Assembly (NCBI GenBank): GCA_963718235.1
Contig: CAVQYR010000001.1
Location: 1,152,001-1,216,000, forward strand
Origin: an uncultured Actinomycetota bacterium
GTDB taxonomy: Bacteria; Actinomycetota; Actinomycetes; JAHEKZ01
DNA length: 64,000 nt
Direction: 5' to 3'
Part shown: positions 9,442-20,043 of the stretch, in pieces
Layout of the letters: the number at the start of each line of letters is the position of its first letter
Position numbering within the stretch: the stretch's first letter is position 1
Notes under the pieces: model-generated
The model's database searches: none
Seen by the model: only the letters and a program-made list of their open reading frames with translations
Told to the model about the DNA's origin: nothing
Translations under genes and position numbers: made by a program

Positions 9442-10916
9442 TGCGGAAGGTCGTTGACGTGACCTTCGACACTTTGGCCCCCGAGGTCGTGTCGCGGCTG
9501 GCCGACGGGTTCCGCGTCGCGCTGGTGAGCGGCTGCGAGGACGCTGACCGCTTGCGCGTCGTCTACGTTCTGGTGCGCAGTCGTGATGACCATCGAGTCG
9601 AGTTGAGACTGCCGGTCCCCAAACACGATCCGGTGGTCCCGAGCCTGGCCGCCTATGACTACTCCCTCGGACGGTTCGAGCGTGAGGTGCGCGACCTCTA
9701 CGGCATCATCCCTGCCGACCACCCTCTGCCCCAACGGCTGGTACGGCACGGCCACTGGCCACGTGGTTGGTACCCGATGCGTCAAGACGCCGATCCGACA
9801 CCGCGCTTTGACCTCGACGTCGGCTCCTTCCCGTTCCTGGAAGTAGCGGGCGACGGCGTGTACGAGATCCCGGTAGGTCCGGTGCACGCCGGCCTCATCG
9901 AGCCGGGACACTTCCGGTTCTCTGTCGTCGGCGAGACGATCCTGCGCCTTAAGGCGCGACTCTGGTTCGTCCACCGGGGGATCGAGAAGCTCTTCGAAGG
10001 GCGCCGGCCGGGCGACGGAGTCGAGCTGGCTGAGCGGGTCAGCGGTGACACCGCTGTCGGGCACGCGCTCTCGTACGTCATGGCCGTCGAGGACGCAGCC
10101 GGGATCGAGGTGTCCGAGGACGATCGGCTGGTTCGCGCCCTGCTGCTGGAGCTCGAGCGGCTCCACAATCACGTCGCCGACCTCGGTGCACTCGCAAATG
10201 ACGTCGGCTACGGCATCGCCAATGTGCACGCACAGCGACTTCGGGAGCAGCTGTTGCGCGTCAACAAGGGGACCACCGGCCACCGGCTGCTGCGCGGCGG
10301 GATCTCCGTTGGCGGGGCGCGGTTGCTTGCGCTGCCGGACGTCGGGCAAGTCGCTGAGGTTGCTGGCGCTGCCGCGGACCTCGCCGCCATCACGTTGGGC
10401 AACTCCACGGTGCGTGACCGGTTCGCGGGAACGGCAGTGCTCGCGACTGAGACGGCGTCCAACCTGGGCACTCTCGGCTACGTGGCACGGGCTTCCGGCA
10501 TCGAGGTCGATGCCCGCCACAACCACCCGTTCGTCGACCTCGGACCCGACTTTCACCCGGTGCTCGAAGGTGACGGCGACGTGATGGCGCGCTATCTCGT
10601 CCGACTGCGCGAGGTAGAGGTGTCCGCGCGTCTGGTCGAGAGCCTCAGCACTCGACTGGCTGGGAGACAGGGAAGCGGAAGGCACGCTGACACTCAGTCG
10701 ACGGGCGCTGGGCTGGGGCTCGTCGAGGGGTGGCGGGGCACCATTGCCCACCGCGTCGAGCTGAACCAGGCGGGAGCGGTGGCCCGGCTCAAGATCGTCG
10801 ACCCGTCGTTCTTCAACTGGCCCGCCCTCCCCGTGGCCCTGTCGGACACGATCGTTCCCGACTTCCCTCTGGTCAACAAGAGCTTCAATCAGTCGTACGC
10901 GGGTAATGACCTTTGA
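9441..10916 (+). CDS. hycE: HycE-like large subunit lacking Ni-binding cysteines (Ehr type)
   Basis: VGPVHAGLIEPGHFRF, HRGIEK, ERVSGD, C-terminal DFPLVNKSFNQSYAGNDL. Confidence 0.85.
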   Translation: MRKVVDVTFDTLAPEVVSRLADGFRVALVSGCEDADRLRVVYVLVRSRDDHRVELRLPVPKHDPVVPSLAAYDYSLGRFEREVRDLYGIIPADHPLPQRLVRHGHWPRGWYPMRQDADPTPRFDLDVGSFPFLEVAGDGVYEIPVGPVHAGLIEPGHFRFSVVGETILRLKARLWFVHRGIEKLFEGRRPGDGVELAERVSGDTAVGHALSYVMAVEDAAGIEVSEDDRLVRALLLELERLHNHVADLGALANDVGYGIANVHAQRLREQLLRVNKGTTGHRLLRGGISVGGARLLALPDVGQVAEVAGAAADLAAITLGNSTVRDRFAGTAVLATETASNLGTLGYVARASGIEVDARHNHPFVDLGPDFHPVLEGDGDVMARYLVRLREVEVSARLVESLSTRLAGRQGSGRHADTQSTGAGLGLVEGWRGTIAHRVELNQAGAVARLKIVDPSFFNWPALPVALSDTIVPDFPLVNKSFNQSYAGNDL

Positions 10917-10928
10917 CATGGCATACCG

Positions 10929-11240
10929 CTATCGGTGGGAGTGATGCTCGGCGATAGGGACGCGCAGCCGCAGCCCCCCGCTGGCGTCATCGGCCTCCAC
11001 GTGGGTGAGGTCAAGGTTGTCCCAGGTCCAGCTGCCGACTGAACACTCCCCGCGGCCGTTCAATGGCAAGCGCTCGGCCTTGATGGACAGGACGATGCGT
11101 TCCACGTCGTGGTCGACGGTGGACGGGATCGAGAGAGCTGCCGCCGCGAGCTGGGGGCTGGCCCGCGATGCACTCCTCGAAGGACCGCGACTGCTCGAGC
11201 TGGCCAACCTGCTCGGGCGCTGTGTCCTGTCGACCCGAGG
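10929..11240 (-). pseudogene. Degraded Hsp20/alpha-crystallin small heat shock protein
   Basis: Fragments in shifting frames: DVERIVLSIKAER / ERPRGVFSRQLDLG / NLDLTHVEA...LRLRVPIAE. Confidence 0.65.
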
Positions 11241-11500
11241 GAGGTCTTCGACGAGGCGCTTGCCGGAGGCCGTCGCCCTGAAGGATTGGTCTCGGGCCTA
11301 GGACCAGCGCGCCTGCGCGACACGGTGGCAGCTTCTGCGCTCGCTCGCAGTACACTCAGGCCCGCTAGGCGTGTCACGTCCTCCACGCGTGTCGGCCGCC
11401 CCAAGGGCAGGTTCTGCGGCACATCGCTCAAGCAGCAGCGTGCGGAGGAGCGACAACAGTCTGGCTGGTCACAGCATGGTGCAGTCGACCCATGGGGAGT

Positions 11501-13682
11501 GGGAGTGCCACCGAGAACGCGCCGTCGCGGGACGGGCCGCGCCGGCCCGCGAGGCCGGCAACCCGCCGCCCAGCAGCCCAACACGCCCAGAAGCAGCGCA
11601 GCGAGGCGCCGCAACGACCAGGGCGGAGTCCCGGTCCTGGCCAACGCGATGCGGCGGGTCGCGTCGGCGGTTGACAAGGGCAGGGTCACCGCGTCCACGC
11701 TGGCGACGTTCCAGGCGGTGGCGACCGTGGCCCGCGAGCTGCGCACGCAGGCCAAGGCGGAGCCCAACGATCGACGCCGAACGGCCGAGCTGAAGCGCCT
11801 CGACGGTCTCGCCGAGTCCATGGCGCGTACGGCTACGCGCAACGCGTTGCTGCTGCGCTTGCTCGGCGACGACGTACCCGTCCAGCCGGGCACCAAGGAG
11901 GTGGCCCGGGAGCTGCGCGCCAAGGCGGGCCTGCCCGAGCCGGAGGCGCCGGCCGCACCCGTGCCGGATCCCGCCGCGACGCCTGAACGCCAGAAGCCGC
12001 AGGTGGTGCCGCAGTCCGTCGTCGCCCGGCAGCTGGCCAACCCGTTCCTCGCCCCGGACCACTCTGCCCCGCTGCCCGCGGCCGCCCCGGTCCGGCTGCT
12101 CGCCGACTGGGCGCTGATCGACCCGCTGCTGCGGTCCTTCGAGGAAGCCAGCGGTGGCGTCACGACGTGCATGGATCTCCCCGAACCATCCGGGGCGCAC
12201 ATCGCGCCGGGGCGCGACCTGATGCCCCACCAGGCCCGCATGGTCGCGGCTGCCAAGGCCGGGCACCGCACCTTCCTGCTCGCCGACGAGCCCGGCCTCG
12301 GCAAGACTGCCCAGGCGCTCCTCGCGGCTCAGACGACGAACGCCTTCCCGCTGCTGGTCGTCGTGCCGAACGTCGTCAAGACGAGCTGGGCGCGCGAGGC
12401 CGCGATGTGGACCCCGCAGCATCCGGCGACCGTGGTCCACAGCGACGGCGAGACCGTCGACGCCTTCTGCGACATCGTCATCGTCAACTACGACATCCTC
12501 AACCGGCACGTCGGCTGGCTGGGAACCTTCGGCTTCCGCGGGATGGTCATAGACGAGGCGCACTTCATCAAGAACAAGACGTCCCTGCGCTCGCGCAGCG
12601 TCCTCGACCTGTCGCGCAAGGTCCGGGAGCGGACCGTACGGCCGCTGCTCATGGCGCTGACCGGGACCCCCCTGATCAATGACATCGAGGACTTCCTGGC
12701 GATCTGGGAGTTCCTCGGCTGGATCGAGAACGACAAAGTGGCGCCCGCCCTGCTGCAGTCGCTCGAAAGCAACGGCCGTACGCCCGTCGAGCGGTCGTTC
12801 TACCCCGCGGCCCGGCAGAGCGTGATCGACCAGGGAATCGTTCGGCGGCGCAAGGACGAGGTGGCCAAGGACATCCCGGCCCGTCGGGTCGCGGACGTGC
12901 CGGTTGAGCTCGACGGCCCTGAGGCGACGTCGATCCGCAACGCCGAGCGCAAGCTCGTGCAGCGTCTGCTGAAGCGCTATCACAGCGCCTTGGCGGTGAA
13001 GGTCGCCGACGAGGGCGAGGAGCTCCAGGGCGGTATCGACCACGAGCTCGTCCGTCGGGTCGCGACGGGAGAGCTGAAGAAGGCGGGCGAGAAGGAGTCC
13101 GGCGAGAACGTCTTCGCCATGATGCGAAGGGTCGGTACTGCCAAGGCTGAGCTCGCCGCCGACTTCACCGCCCAGCTGTCCCGCAATGCCGGCAAGGTGG
13201 TCTTCTTCGCCAAGCACATCGACGTGATGGACACCGCCGAAGCTGCGCTGACGAAGCGGGGGATCAAGCACACGTCCATCCGCGGCGAGCAGACGCCGCG
13301 CGTGCGGAACCGCAACATCGACGCGTTCATCAACGACCGCGACGTGGAGGTGATCGTCTGCTCGCTGACCGCCGCCGGTGTCGGCGTCAACCTGCAGGTC
13401 GCGTCCAACGTCGTCCTGGCCGAGCTTTCCTGGACCTCGGCCGAGCAGACCCAGGCGATCGACCGGGTCCACCGGATCGGCCAGGACCAGCCGGTGACGG
13501 CCTGGCGGATCCTCGCGGCCCAGACGATCGACACCAAGGTGGCCGAGCTCATCGACTCCAAGGCGGGGCTGGCGGCGCGCGCCCTCGATGGGGCCGACGT
13601 CGGGGAGGGCGCCGACATCGACGTCCCGCTCGAGACGCTGGTGTCGTTGCTCACCAAGGCCCTGAACGAGACGGCGATCTAG
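11501..13682 (+). CDS. SNF2-related DEAD/DEAH helicase (start approximate)
   Basis: LLADEPGLGKT, IDEAH, LTGTPLIN, QAIDRVHRIGQ. Confidence 0.88.
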
Positions 13683-14187
13683 TAACTCCTGCACTCCAAG
13701 GGGGGACCACCCGGGTTGTCCATGAGGACCCTCCGCCTGAAGGTGACCGAGGCGCGGAGGTCAGATCGACAGGTCGCAGACGGTGGCGAAGACCCGTTGG
13801 TCGAACAGCATCCCCCGGTGACGGGGGATCGAAGAAGTCACGAGCATCGGCGGTAGCCCCGGAGTCTGGGCCGCCGTCCATGGACACGACTGGGGCACGC
13901 TGCCACAGACGGGTAAGAGCGCCGGATTCTGCCAGGCAGACAGGGGCGAGGCCGTCCGAAGCCTCATGGCACCTCTCTGTTGTCAAGGGGTGCCCTGAGG
14001 TGCGCGCGGATGGGCCATGATCGGGGCATGTCCTGGGACCTCGACGAGCAGGAGGAGCGCGAGTTGGTCGACGAGTACGTGGGCACTCGGGAGCCGACAC
14101 GCGGGACTGCTCCTCCTGCAATGGCCAAGGCAAACTGGACGACGACGCAGTTTCCCTTGTAACCCCACGATCCTCGGACACATAATC

Positions 14188-14237
14188 CGTCGGGTCGTCG
14201 GGTCGTCGGGTCGTCGGGTCGTCGGGTCGTCGGGTCG
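14188..14237. repeat. Tandem repeat (CGTCGGGT)x6
   Basis: Six perfect 8-bp units read directly. Confidence 0.95.
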
Positions 14238-14282
14238 AGTCCGACGCCCTCTACGCCGGTCGAATGATCAACGAATCCTGGA

Positions 14283-15527
14283 GTGCACATGGTCGGTCGG
14301 GACGCGATCAAGTACTCGCTTCCGGTGACGTCTGCACGGGATCTCGTGGTGGATCTTCCGCTCGCGGAGCTGGAGCATGATCCGTACCCGTTCTACCGCT
14401 GGATGCGCGAGGAATGCCGGATCGCCTACGTGTCTGAAACCGGGCGGGTGTGGCTGTTGACTTGGGACCTTTGTCGGGAAGCCGGGGTCAACGACGCGGT
14501 GTTTGGCCCGACACGCGAAGCGCACGAGCAGGTCTACGGCCGGCCCAACGTGATGAGCCTCACGGGCGAGGAGCACCGAGTGCTGCGGGATGCGGCGCAG
14601 GCACCGGTTCGACCGAACCAGGTTGCGCGCATGTACGAGCCGCACCTGCGCAAGACCACGAAGGCGTATCTGGACAAGATCCGACCACGCGGCGAAGCGG
14701 ATGCCACCGTGGAGCTGTTCGAGCCTCTCGCTCAACGGGCTATCGGGGATGTGCTCGGGTTCAACACGGTCGACGACTCGACGTTGAGCCGTTGGTTCCG
14801 CACCCTCGGCGATTACCTCGTGGACTACGGACGCGATGCCGACTTGGCGCAGCGAACCCTCCTCGTGAAAGACGAGATCCGTCTGTTCGTGCAGGGGCTG
14901 GTGCCGGAGCTCACAGCGAGACCGGACCACACCGCGCTGAGCCATCTGCTGCACGACGGCCTGCCGGAGGGGCAGGTGCGTTCGCTCGATGACATCCTGC
15001 CCACCGTCGGTGTCCTGATCGTGGGCGGCTTCCAGGAGCCGGCGCACCTGATCGCAAGCACGCTGTACGGCTTGCTGTTGAACCCCGACCAAGCCGAGCT
15101 GGTCAGCGCGGATCCGACCACATGGACGCGCCCCGCCATTGAGGAAGGGCTGCGCTGGTTGCCGCCCTTCGGCATGACCGAGAAGCTCACCACCGCCGAC
15201 GTCGTCCTGGGCGGCATCTTGATCCCAGCGGGTACCGAGATCGCCTTGGTGATCGGCTCCGCCAACCGTGATCCTCAGCGGTTCGACCGGCCGGACGACT
15301 TCGACATCCGACGAGCGGACCAGGGCCATGTGTCCTTCGGGTTCGGCTCGCACTTCTGCATCGGGCACAGCGTCGCACGAGCGCTGGGACAGCTTGCGCT
15401 CGAGGAGACGTTCGCGACGCTTCCGGGCCTCAGGCTCGATCCGGATCAACCGGCCCTGGTGCAAGGCTGGCAGACGCGCGCTCCGAAGTCCCTGCCGGTT
15501 CGTTGGGACACCGGGCCAGACCTCTGA
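14283..15527 (+). CDS. Cytochrome P450, CYP255/GcoA-like (start uncertain)
   Basis: FGFGSHFCIG heme motif, EGLR (ExxR), I-helix GGFQEPAH, HDGLPEGQVR. Confidence 0.9.
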   Translation: MHMVGRDAIKYSLPVTSARDLVVDLPLAELEHDPYPFYRWMREECRIAYVSETGRVWLLTWDLCREAGVNDAVFGPTREAHEQVYGRPNVMSLTGEEHRVLRDAAQAPVRPNQVARMYEPHLRKTTKAYLDKIRPRGEADATVELFEPLAQRAIGDVLGFNTVDDSTLSRWFRTLGDYLVDYGRDADLAQRTLLVKDEIRLFVQGLVPELTARPDHTALSHLLHDGLPEGQVRSLDDILPTVGVLIVGGFQEPAHLIASTLYGLLLNPDQAELVSADPTTWTRPAIEEGLRWLPPFGMTEKLTTADVVLGGILIPAGTEIALVIGSANRDPQRFDRPDDFDIRRADQGHVSFGFGSHFCIGHSVARALGQLALEETFATLPGLRLDPDQPALVQGWQTRAPKSLPVRWDTGPDL

Positions 15528-15649
15528 CCTACGTCAGCTCACCGACCACGGTCCGGCGCGACGCGCCGAGATCGGGCACGGTTAGGGAGCGCGAGGGTTG
15601 ATCGAGGCCGGCGCGAAACCGTCGCAGGGCGTGTGAACTGCGCGTTCGA

Positions 15650-15862
15650 CCTCGTGGAAGGAGCAGGGGTCTCTCACAGTCAGCGAGGAAGACTCAGTGA
15701 TGACTGATTCCACGACTCACGTCTTGGACGACGGTGGCGCCGGTGAAGACGTGAGGTACTGGGTAGCGGACAGTCGAGAGTCGCAAACGGTCGTGGCGGT
15801 GTTCGAGTCGGTGGAGCGGTTGCCGTCGGGTCGTTTCCGGGCGCGGGTGATCGGTCCGGAGC
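15650..15862 (+). pseudogene. 5' remnant of a tyrosine integrase gene related to 27998-29407
   Basis: 28 bp identical to 27951-27978; encodes VERLPSGRFRARVIGP as at ~28220, then breaks off. Confidence 0.8.
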
Positions 15863-15878
15863 CGGTCAGCCGTCGGCG

Positions 15879-15947
15879 TCACCACCTTCGCAGCGCGTTG
15901 GCGGCGTCCCATAGCCGCCGCTCCAGCTCCCCGAGCGTCACGCTCAT
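15879..15947 (-). pseudogene. N-terminal stub of a type I restriction-modification HsdM subunit
   Basis: MSVTLGELERRLWDAANALR resembles the HsdM N-terminus; ATGA overlap with the Fic gene stop. Confidence 0.6.
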
Positions 15948-17254
15948 GTGTCGTACCCCGCGGTGCTCACCGTGTTCTCTTCGCCTGGCTGGGCGGTATC
16001 GCCGGGGATGGATACGACGTGCTCGGGTGCCGCGGAAGACCGGGTCCGCTCGGGTGCTTGCGTGGCCTGCTGAGCCCGTCTGCGCTCGTACTGTGGGGGC
16101 GCCTCGATGATCTCGAAGATCTGGCGAGCCACCCAGTACTGGCGACGGCCCCGACCGCGGACCTGGAGGCGTTGGAGCCACCCTCGGGACTCGGCGTCGC
16201 GGATGAGATTCCGCGCCCCTTGGTTCGTGATCTTGAGGGCTGCCTCGACACGTCGGACGGTGACGAAGGGGTTGGCAAACAACAGTGGGACCACCTCGCC
16301 GATACGGGAGCGCGAGCGCGCCGCGGCGGTCACGTACTCCTCGCGGACGCGGACCAGCTGGCCGGCGCGGTCGACACCGTCCTCGGCCTGCCGTTGGACG
16401 GCGGTGAGGAAGAACTGCAGCCACTGCTGGATCTCGCCGCGTTCACGGACCGCCTGCAGCCGTTCGTAGTACTCGCGCCGGTGGGTTTCCAGGTAGCCCG
16501 ACAGGTAGAGCAGCGGCGTAGTCAGGCGGCCCTGTTGGTGGAGCAGGAGGCCGATGAGCAGGCGACCGATGCGGCCGTTGCCGTCCAGGAAGGGGTGGAT
16601 GGTCTCGAACTGGTAGTGCATGAGGGCACACCGGACCAGAGCGGGTTGGGGCCCCGGTTCGTTGACGAACCTCTCCCAGTCGGCGAGGAGGTCGCCGAGG
16701 TGTTCGGGCAGCGGGGGAACGAACACCGCCGTGTCAGGACTGTCCGTCGGGGACCCTACCCAGACCGGGCTGCGACGCAGCTCCCCAGGTAGCCGGTCCT
16801 CGCCGCGGACTCCCGTGAGCAGCACGCGGTGAACATCGAGGACCAGCCGCTGGCTGATCGGGAGCGTCTTGATCAGTTCGAGGCCACGGTAGGTAGCCCG
16901 CACATACGACTGGACCTCGGCGACGTCGTCGGTCGTGTGCTCGGTCTCATCGACTTCGGCACCGGCCTGAAGGACCTCGGCGAGGGACGCCTGAGTGCCT
17001 TCGATCCGCGAGCTCGCGAGAGCCTCGCGGGTGACATACGGGCCGATGAGCAGCTGCGGGTCGGTGATCAGATGCCCCAGCCCCTGCAGATGCCCCAGGG
17101 CCGCGTCAGCCTCGGACAGCGCCAGCACGGTCGCAGAGTCGAGCACGAGGTCTCGAGGGATCGGCGACGGTTCGAAGTACCAGAACGCCCAGCGATCACC
17201 CGCGCGGCGGGTCGCCCGGCCGAACGCCGGTGCCTGGAAGTCCGTTGGATCCAC
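15944..17254 (-). CDS. Fic family protein
   Basis: HPFLDGNGRIGR catalytic motif; EALASSRIEG. Confidence 0.92.
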   Translation of the reverse strand: MDPTDFQAPAFGRATRRAGDRWAFWYFEPSPIPRDLVLDSATVLALSEADAALGHLQGLGHLITDPQLLIGPYVTREALASSRIEGTQASLAEVLQAGAEVDETEHTTDDVAEVQSYVRATYRGLELIKTLPISQRLVLDVHRVLLTGVRGEDRLPGELRRSPVWVGSPTDSPDTAVFVPPLPEHLGDLLADWERFVNEPGPQPALVRCALMHYQFETIHPFLDGNGRIGRLLIGLLLHQQGRLTTPLLYLSGYLETHRREYYERLQAVRERGEIQQWLQFFLTAVQRQAEDGVDRAGQLVRVREEYVTAAARSRSRIGEVVPLLFANPFVTVRRVEAALKITNQGARNLIRDAESRGWLQRLQVRGRGRRQYWVARQIFEIIEAPPQYERRRAQQATQAPERTRSSAAPEHVVSIPGDTAQPGEENTVSTAGYDT

Positions 17255-17430
17255 GAGGTGACACTACAACACTGGGCCCTATTTCGTTGGAATAGCCCGC
17301 AGAGACCCCAATGATCTTTGGAGTGAGCGGGCCGAACTCCAACGGTATCCGACTCGCGGAGGAGCCCCGATGTCTCGATGTCTCAATCATCAGGACACCC
17401 AGCCCGAAGGGTGACCCGAAAGCGTGGAGG

Positions 17431-17985
17431 TCAGATCGACCGGTCGAAGACGGTGGCGAAGATCTGGTCGACCTCGGCCGGGTCGAAGGCCTCGGGGTCG
17501 AAGCTGCCGCCGATCCACTCCAACAGCTCCGCGTGCCGCTCATGCTCGGGGTCGGTGATCGCGTCGAGGAAGTCGGCGTATCCCCACGGACCGCCGACGT
17601 CCTCTGGCGGGCAGGCCCGGCGTCCTGCCAGACAGACGGGTCGAGAACGTCCGGCTGCGGGCAGCACGTCCTCCACGACGACTTGGTGCTCCCAGCCGTC
17701 GCCGAAGTCGTACTGGAAGGTGAACGTGTCGCCCGGCCCGACCAGGTCCCCGAGTCGGACCGAGGCCGGGTCGACCGAGTCGTCCGGCCAGTCGTCGTCG
17801 ATCTCCAGGTACGACGTGCGGCCGATCTTGAAGGCGTACAGGTGGTAGCCGAACCAGCCCATCCCGGTGAGCAGGGCCTCGTGCACCTGGGCCAAGGAGT
17901 ACTCACTCGGGATGAGCAGCCGCCGCCACACTGGCGGCTTGACGCCCTTCAGGGTGATCTTCAACTGGTGACTGCTGCCCATCAC
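17431..17985 (-). CDS. Plasmid pRiA4b ORF-3 family protein
   Basis: PPVWRR, HLYAF, YDFGDGWEH, CPPEDVGG. Confidence 0.88.
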   Translation of the reverse strand: MMGSSHQLKITLKGVKPPVWRRLLIPSEYSLAQVHEALLTGMGWFGYHLYAFKIGRTSYLEIDDDWPDDSVDPASVRLGDLVGPGDTFTFQYDFGDGWEHQVVVEDVLPAAGRSRPVCLAGRRACPPEDVGGPWGYADFLDAITDPEHERHAELLEWIGGSFDPEAFDPAEVDQIFATVFDRSI

Positions 17986-18003
17986 GACATCCTGGCGTCG
18001 AGG

Positions 18004-18843
18004 TCAGTCTGTGAGGTCGGGCAGGACCTGGGTCACGAACTCCTCGACCCTCGCGGCGCCCTCCCCGGGCCACCCGCAGACGAGGTACCCGACGCCCACC
18101 GCACGCATCGCCTCGGCGTTCGCGCGGACCTCGCCCCAGGGCTCGGACAAAGACAGCGAGGACGCCCGGGTGATCGAGGCCGGGTCACGACCGGCGGCAG
18201 TGGCCAGCTCGTCCACCACGGAGGACAGCTCGCGGATGGTGCTCGGCGACTCGAAGCAGTGCCAGGCGTCCGCGAACCGGGCCACCAACGGGAGTGTGCG
18301 GGTGCGCCCGGATCCACCGATCCACAACGGCGGGTGCGGCCGCTGGACCGGGGTTGGTCGAAGCTGCGCCCCAGCCAGGCTGTGGACGGAGCCTCGGTAG
18401 TCCACGACCTCGCCGCTGAACAGCCGGGTGAGGATCTCCAAGCAGTCCTCAAGCCGGTCGAACCGCTCGGCCAGGGGCGGGAAGTCGATCCCCAGCTGCT
18501 GGTGCTCGGCCTGGTGCCATGCCGCCCCCAAGGCCAGCTCGAGTCGGCCATGGCTGGCGTGGTCGACCGTCACCGCCTGGGCGGCAAGTACCGATGGGTT
18601 TCGGTACGTCACGCCAGTGACCAGGAGACCCAGTCGGATCCGGGACGTAGCCGACGCCAAGGCCGCGAGCGTTGTCATCCCCTCGAAACAGTTGCCGGGA
18701 CCCTCGCCGTACATGGGCTCGAAGTGGTCGAAGCCCCACGCGCCGTCGAAGCCGAGGTCCTCGCTGAGGCGGACCCGACCGAGCAGGTCGTCCCACTCCA
18801 TGCGTTGCTGGGCGATGTCCAAACCGAAGCGCAGCGCTGTCAT
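18004..18843 (-). CDS. LLM-class (luciferase-like, probably F420-dependent) oxidoreductase
   Basis: FDHF, YRNPSVLA, DHASHGRLELALGAAW, PPLWIGGSG. Confidence 0.88.
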   Translation of the reverse strand: MTALRFGLDIAQQRMEWDDLLGRVRLSEDLGFDGAWGFDHFEPMYGEGPGNCFEGMTTLAALASATSRIRLGLLVTGVTYRNPSVLAAQAVTVDHASHGRLELALGAAWHQAEHQQLGIDFPPLAERFDRLEDCLEILTRLFSGEVVDYRGSVHSLAGAQLRPTPVQRPHPPLWIGGSGRTRTLPLVARFADAWHCFESPSTIRELSSVVDELATAAGRDPASITRASSLSLSEPWGEVRANAEAMRAVGVGYLVCGWPGEGAARVEEFVTQVLPDLTD

Positions 18844-18912
18844 GGCACGACCGTAGCCCGTCGATGCGGGCCGGCTTGGTGCGCACGTGGGGCTTCGGAC
18901 CGGCGCTCGATG

Positions 18913-18957
18913 TGGAGCGGGTGACCGGGATAGAACCGGCATGGCCAGCTTGGAAGG
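18913..18957 (-). repeat. att site: copy of the tRNA-Gly 3' half (45 bp, 1 mismatch)
   Basis: Matches 39633-39677 except TAGAACC for TCGAACC. Confidence 0.92.
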
Positions 18958-19137
18958 ACCCTCAGGACCATCCACGTTCGTCCCTCAGAGTACGTCGCCG
19001 CAGGTCAGCGCGGTATGGCCATCCACCGGTATCCACCGAGATCGATCACTTTCCAGCCGCTTTGGGCACGCGAAGGGCACGGCGGGTCCTTGGTCGCCGC
19101 CGGCTGACAGGTGCGGATCTCAGGACTGGTGAGCGTC

Positions 19138-19410
19138 TCAGCGGTGGTCGACGTCAAGGACGATCACGCGGTGGTTCGCCTCGTGGATGCGGTAGCGGAC
19201 TCGGTACTCGCCGCGGCGGGCGCGCCACAGCCCTTCGAAGGGCGCGCGCAGCGGAGCCCCTACGACGCGCGGTCGTCGGCGGAGTGGTCCGCTGATGAAC
19301 TCCCAAGCCGCGAAAGCCGCGGCGGAAGGAAGCGTCTCGGTGAGTGCTCGACGCACCCCCGGGGCGAGGACGACGGTGTACGGGGGATCGTCTGGAAGCT
19401 CAGTTGTCAC
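19138..19410 (-). CDS. RelE/ParE family toxin
   Basis: GLWRARRGEYRVRYRI; overlaps the upstream antitoxin gene. Confidence 0.88.
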   Translation of the reverse strand: MTTELPDDPPYTVVLAPGVRRALTETLPSAAAFAAWEFISGPLRRRPRVVGAPLRAPFEGLWRARRGEYRVRYRIHEANHRVIVLDVDHR

Positions 19411-19693
19411 GGTGCTCGCGCAGCCGCCGTTCGTCCATCAGCGCCGACATGTCCACGGCGGTGGTCACGTCGCCGGCCGCAACGGCAGCATCAGCGGCGT
19501 GGATCCGTTCCATCGCCGCGTCGTCTCGCAGTAGCTCGATGGTGGTCTCGAGGGACTCCAGATCTTCAGCCGACAGCAGCACCACATACTCGCGGCCGTT
19601 CCGAGTGACGTGGACGCGTTCGTGCGTCCGGTCGACCTCGTCGGCGATCTCCGAGAGGCGCGCCTTGACTTCGGACAAGGGAAGGGTACTCAT
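19400..19693 (-). CDS. Phd/YefM family antitoxin
   Basis: LPLSEVKARLSE...VTRNGR...LESLETT. Confidence 0.9.
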   Translation of the reverse strand: MSTLPLSEVKARLSEIADEVDRTHERVHVTRNGREYVVLLSAEDLESLETTIELLRDDAAMERIHAADAAVAAGDVTTAVDMSALMDERRLREHRDN

Positions 19694-19851
19694 AGACCAG
19701 AATAGTAGTCTGCTGAGCTGGGCAAGGGCAACGATCCAAGGCCACATCGCGCGGACTTGTTGGGCGAGTTCTATGGGCACATCCGTGCGCTCATGATGTC
19801 GCTCGAGGCGGGTGCCAGACTGAGTCCCGAACGAAGCCCGGGAGGCCACGC

Positions 19852-20043
19852 GTGTACGAGTACAAGCCCCTTACAGAGCGAGACAGCAAGTTCCTGGGTC
19901 GATTCGACCCGAAATCGCTGGAGGCAGTGCTCAACGGATATTCCGCCGATGGGTGGCGAGTCGTCAGCGGCTTCCTCGCCATCGGCGCGGCTACCAGTCG
20001 GGAATGGCTCAGCCGGGGTGGTAGCGGAACGCGTACTTGGTAG
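19852..20043 (+). CDS. DUF4177-like small protein, probably truncated
   Basis: YEYK...FDPKSLEAVLNGYSADGWRVV. Confidence 0.55.
   Translation: MYEYKPLTERDSKFLGRFDPKSLEAVLNGYSADGWRVVSGFLAIGAATSREWLSRGGSGTRTW

Noticed and set aside
11469-13694. Long antisense ORFs (also 8970-10919, 42333-44093, 57765-59759, 61402-63873)
   Set aside because: Shadow ORFs opposite well-supported genes, expected from high-GC codon bias.
13880-13975. GGCAC/TGCC matches between the helicase and P450 genes
   Set aside because: Spacing and flanks do not fit the site consensus.
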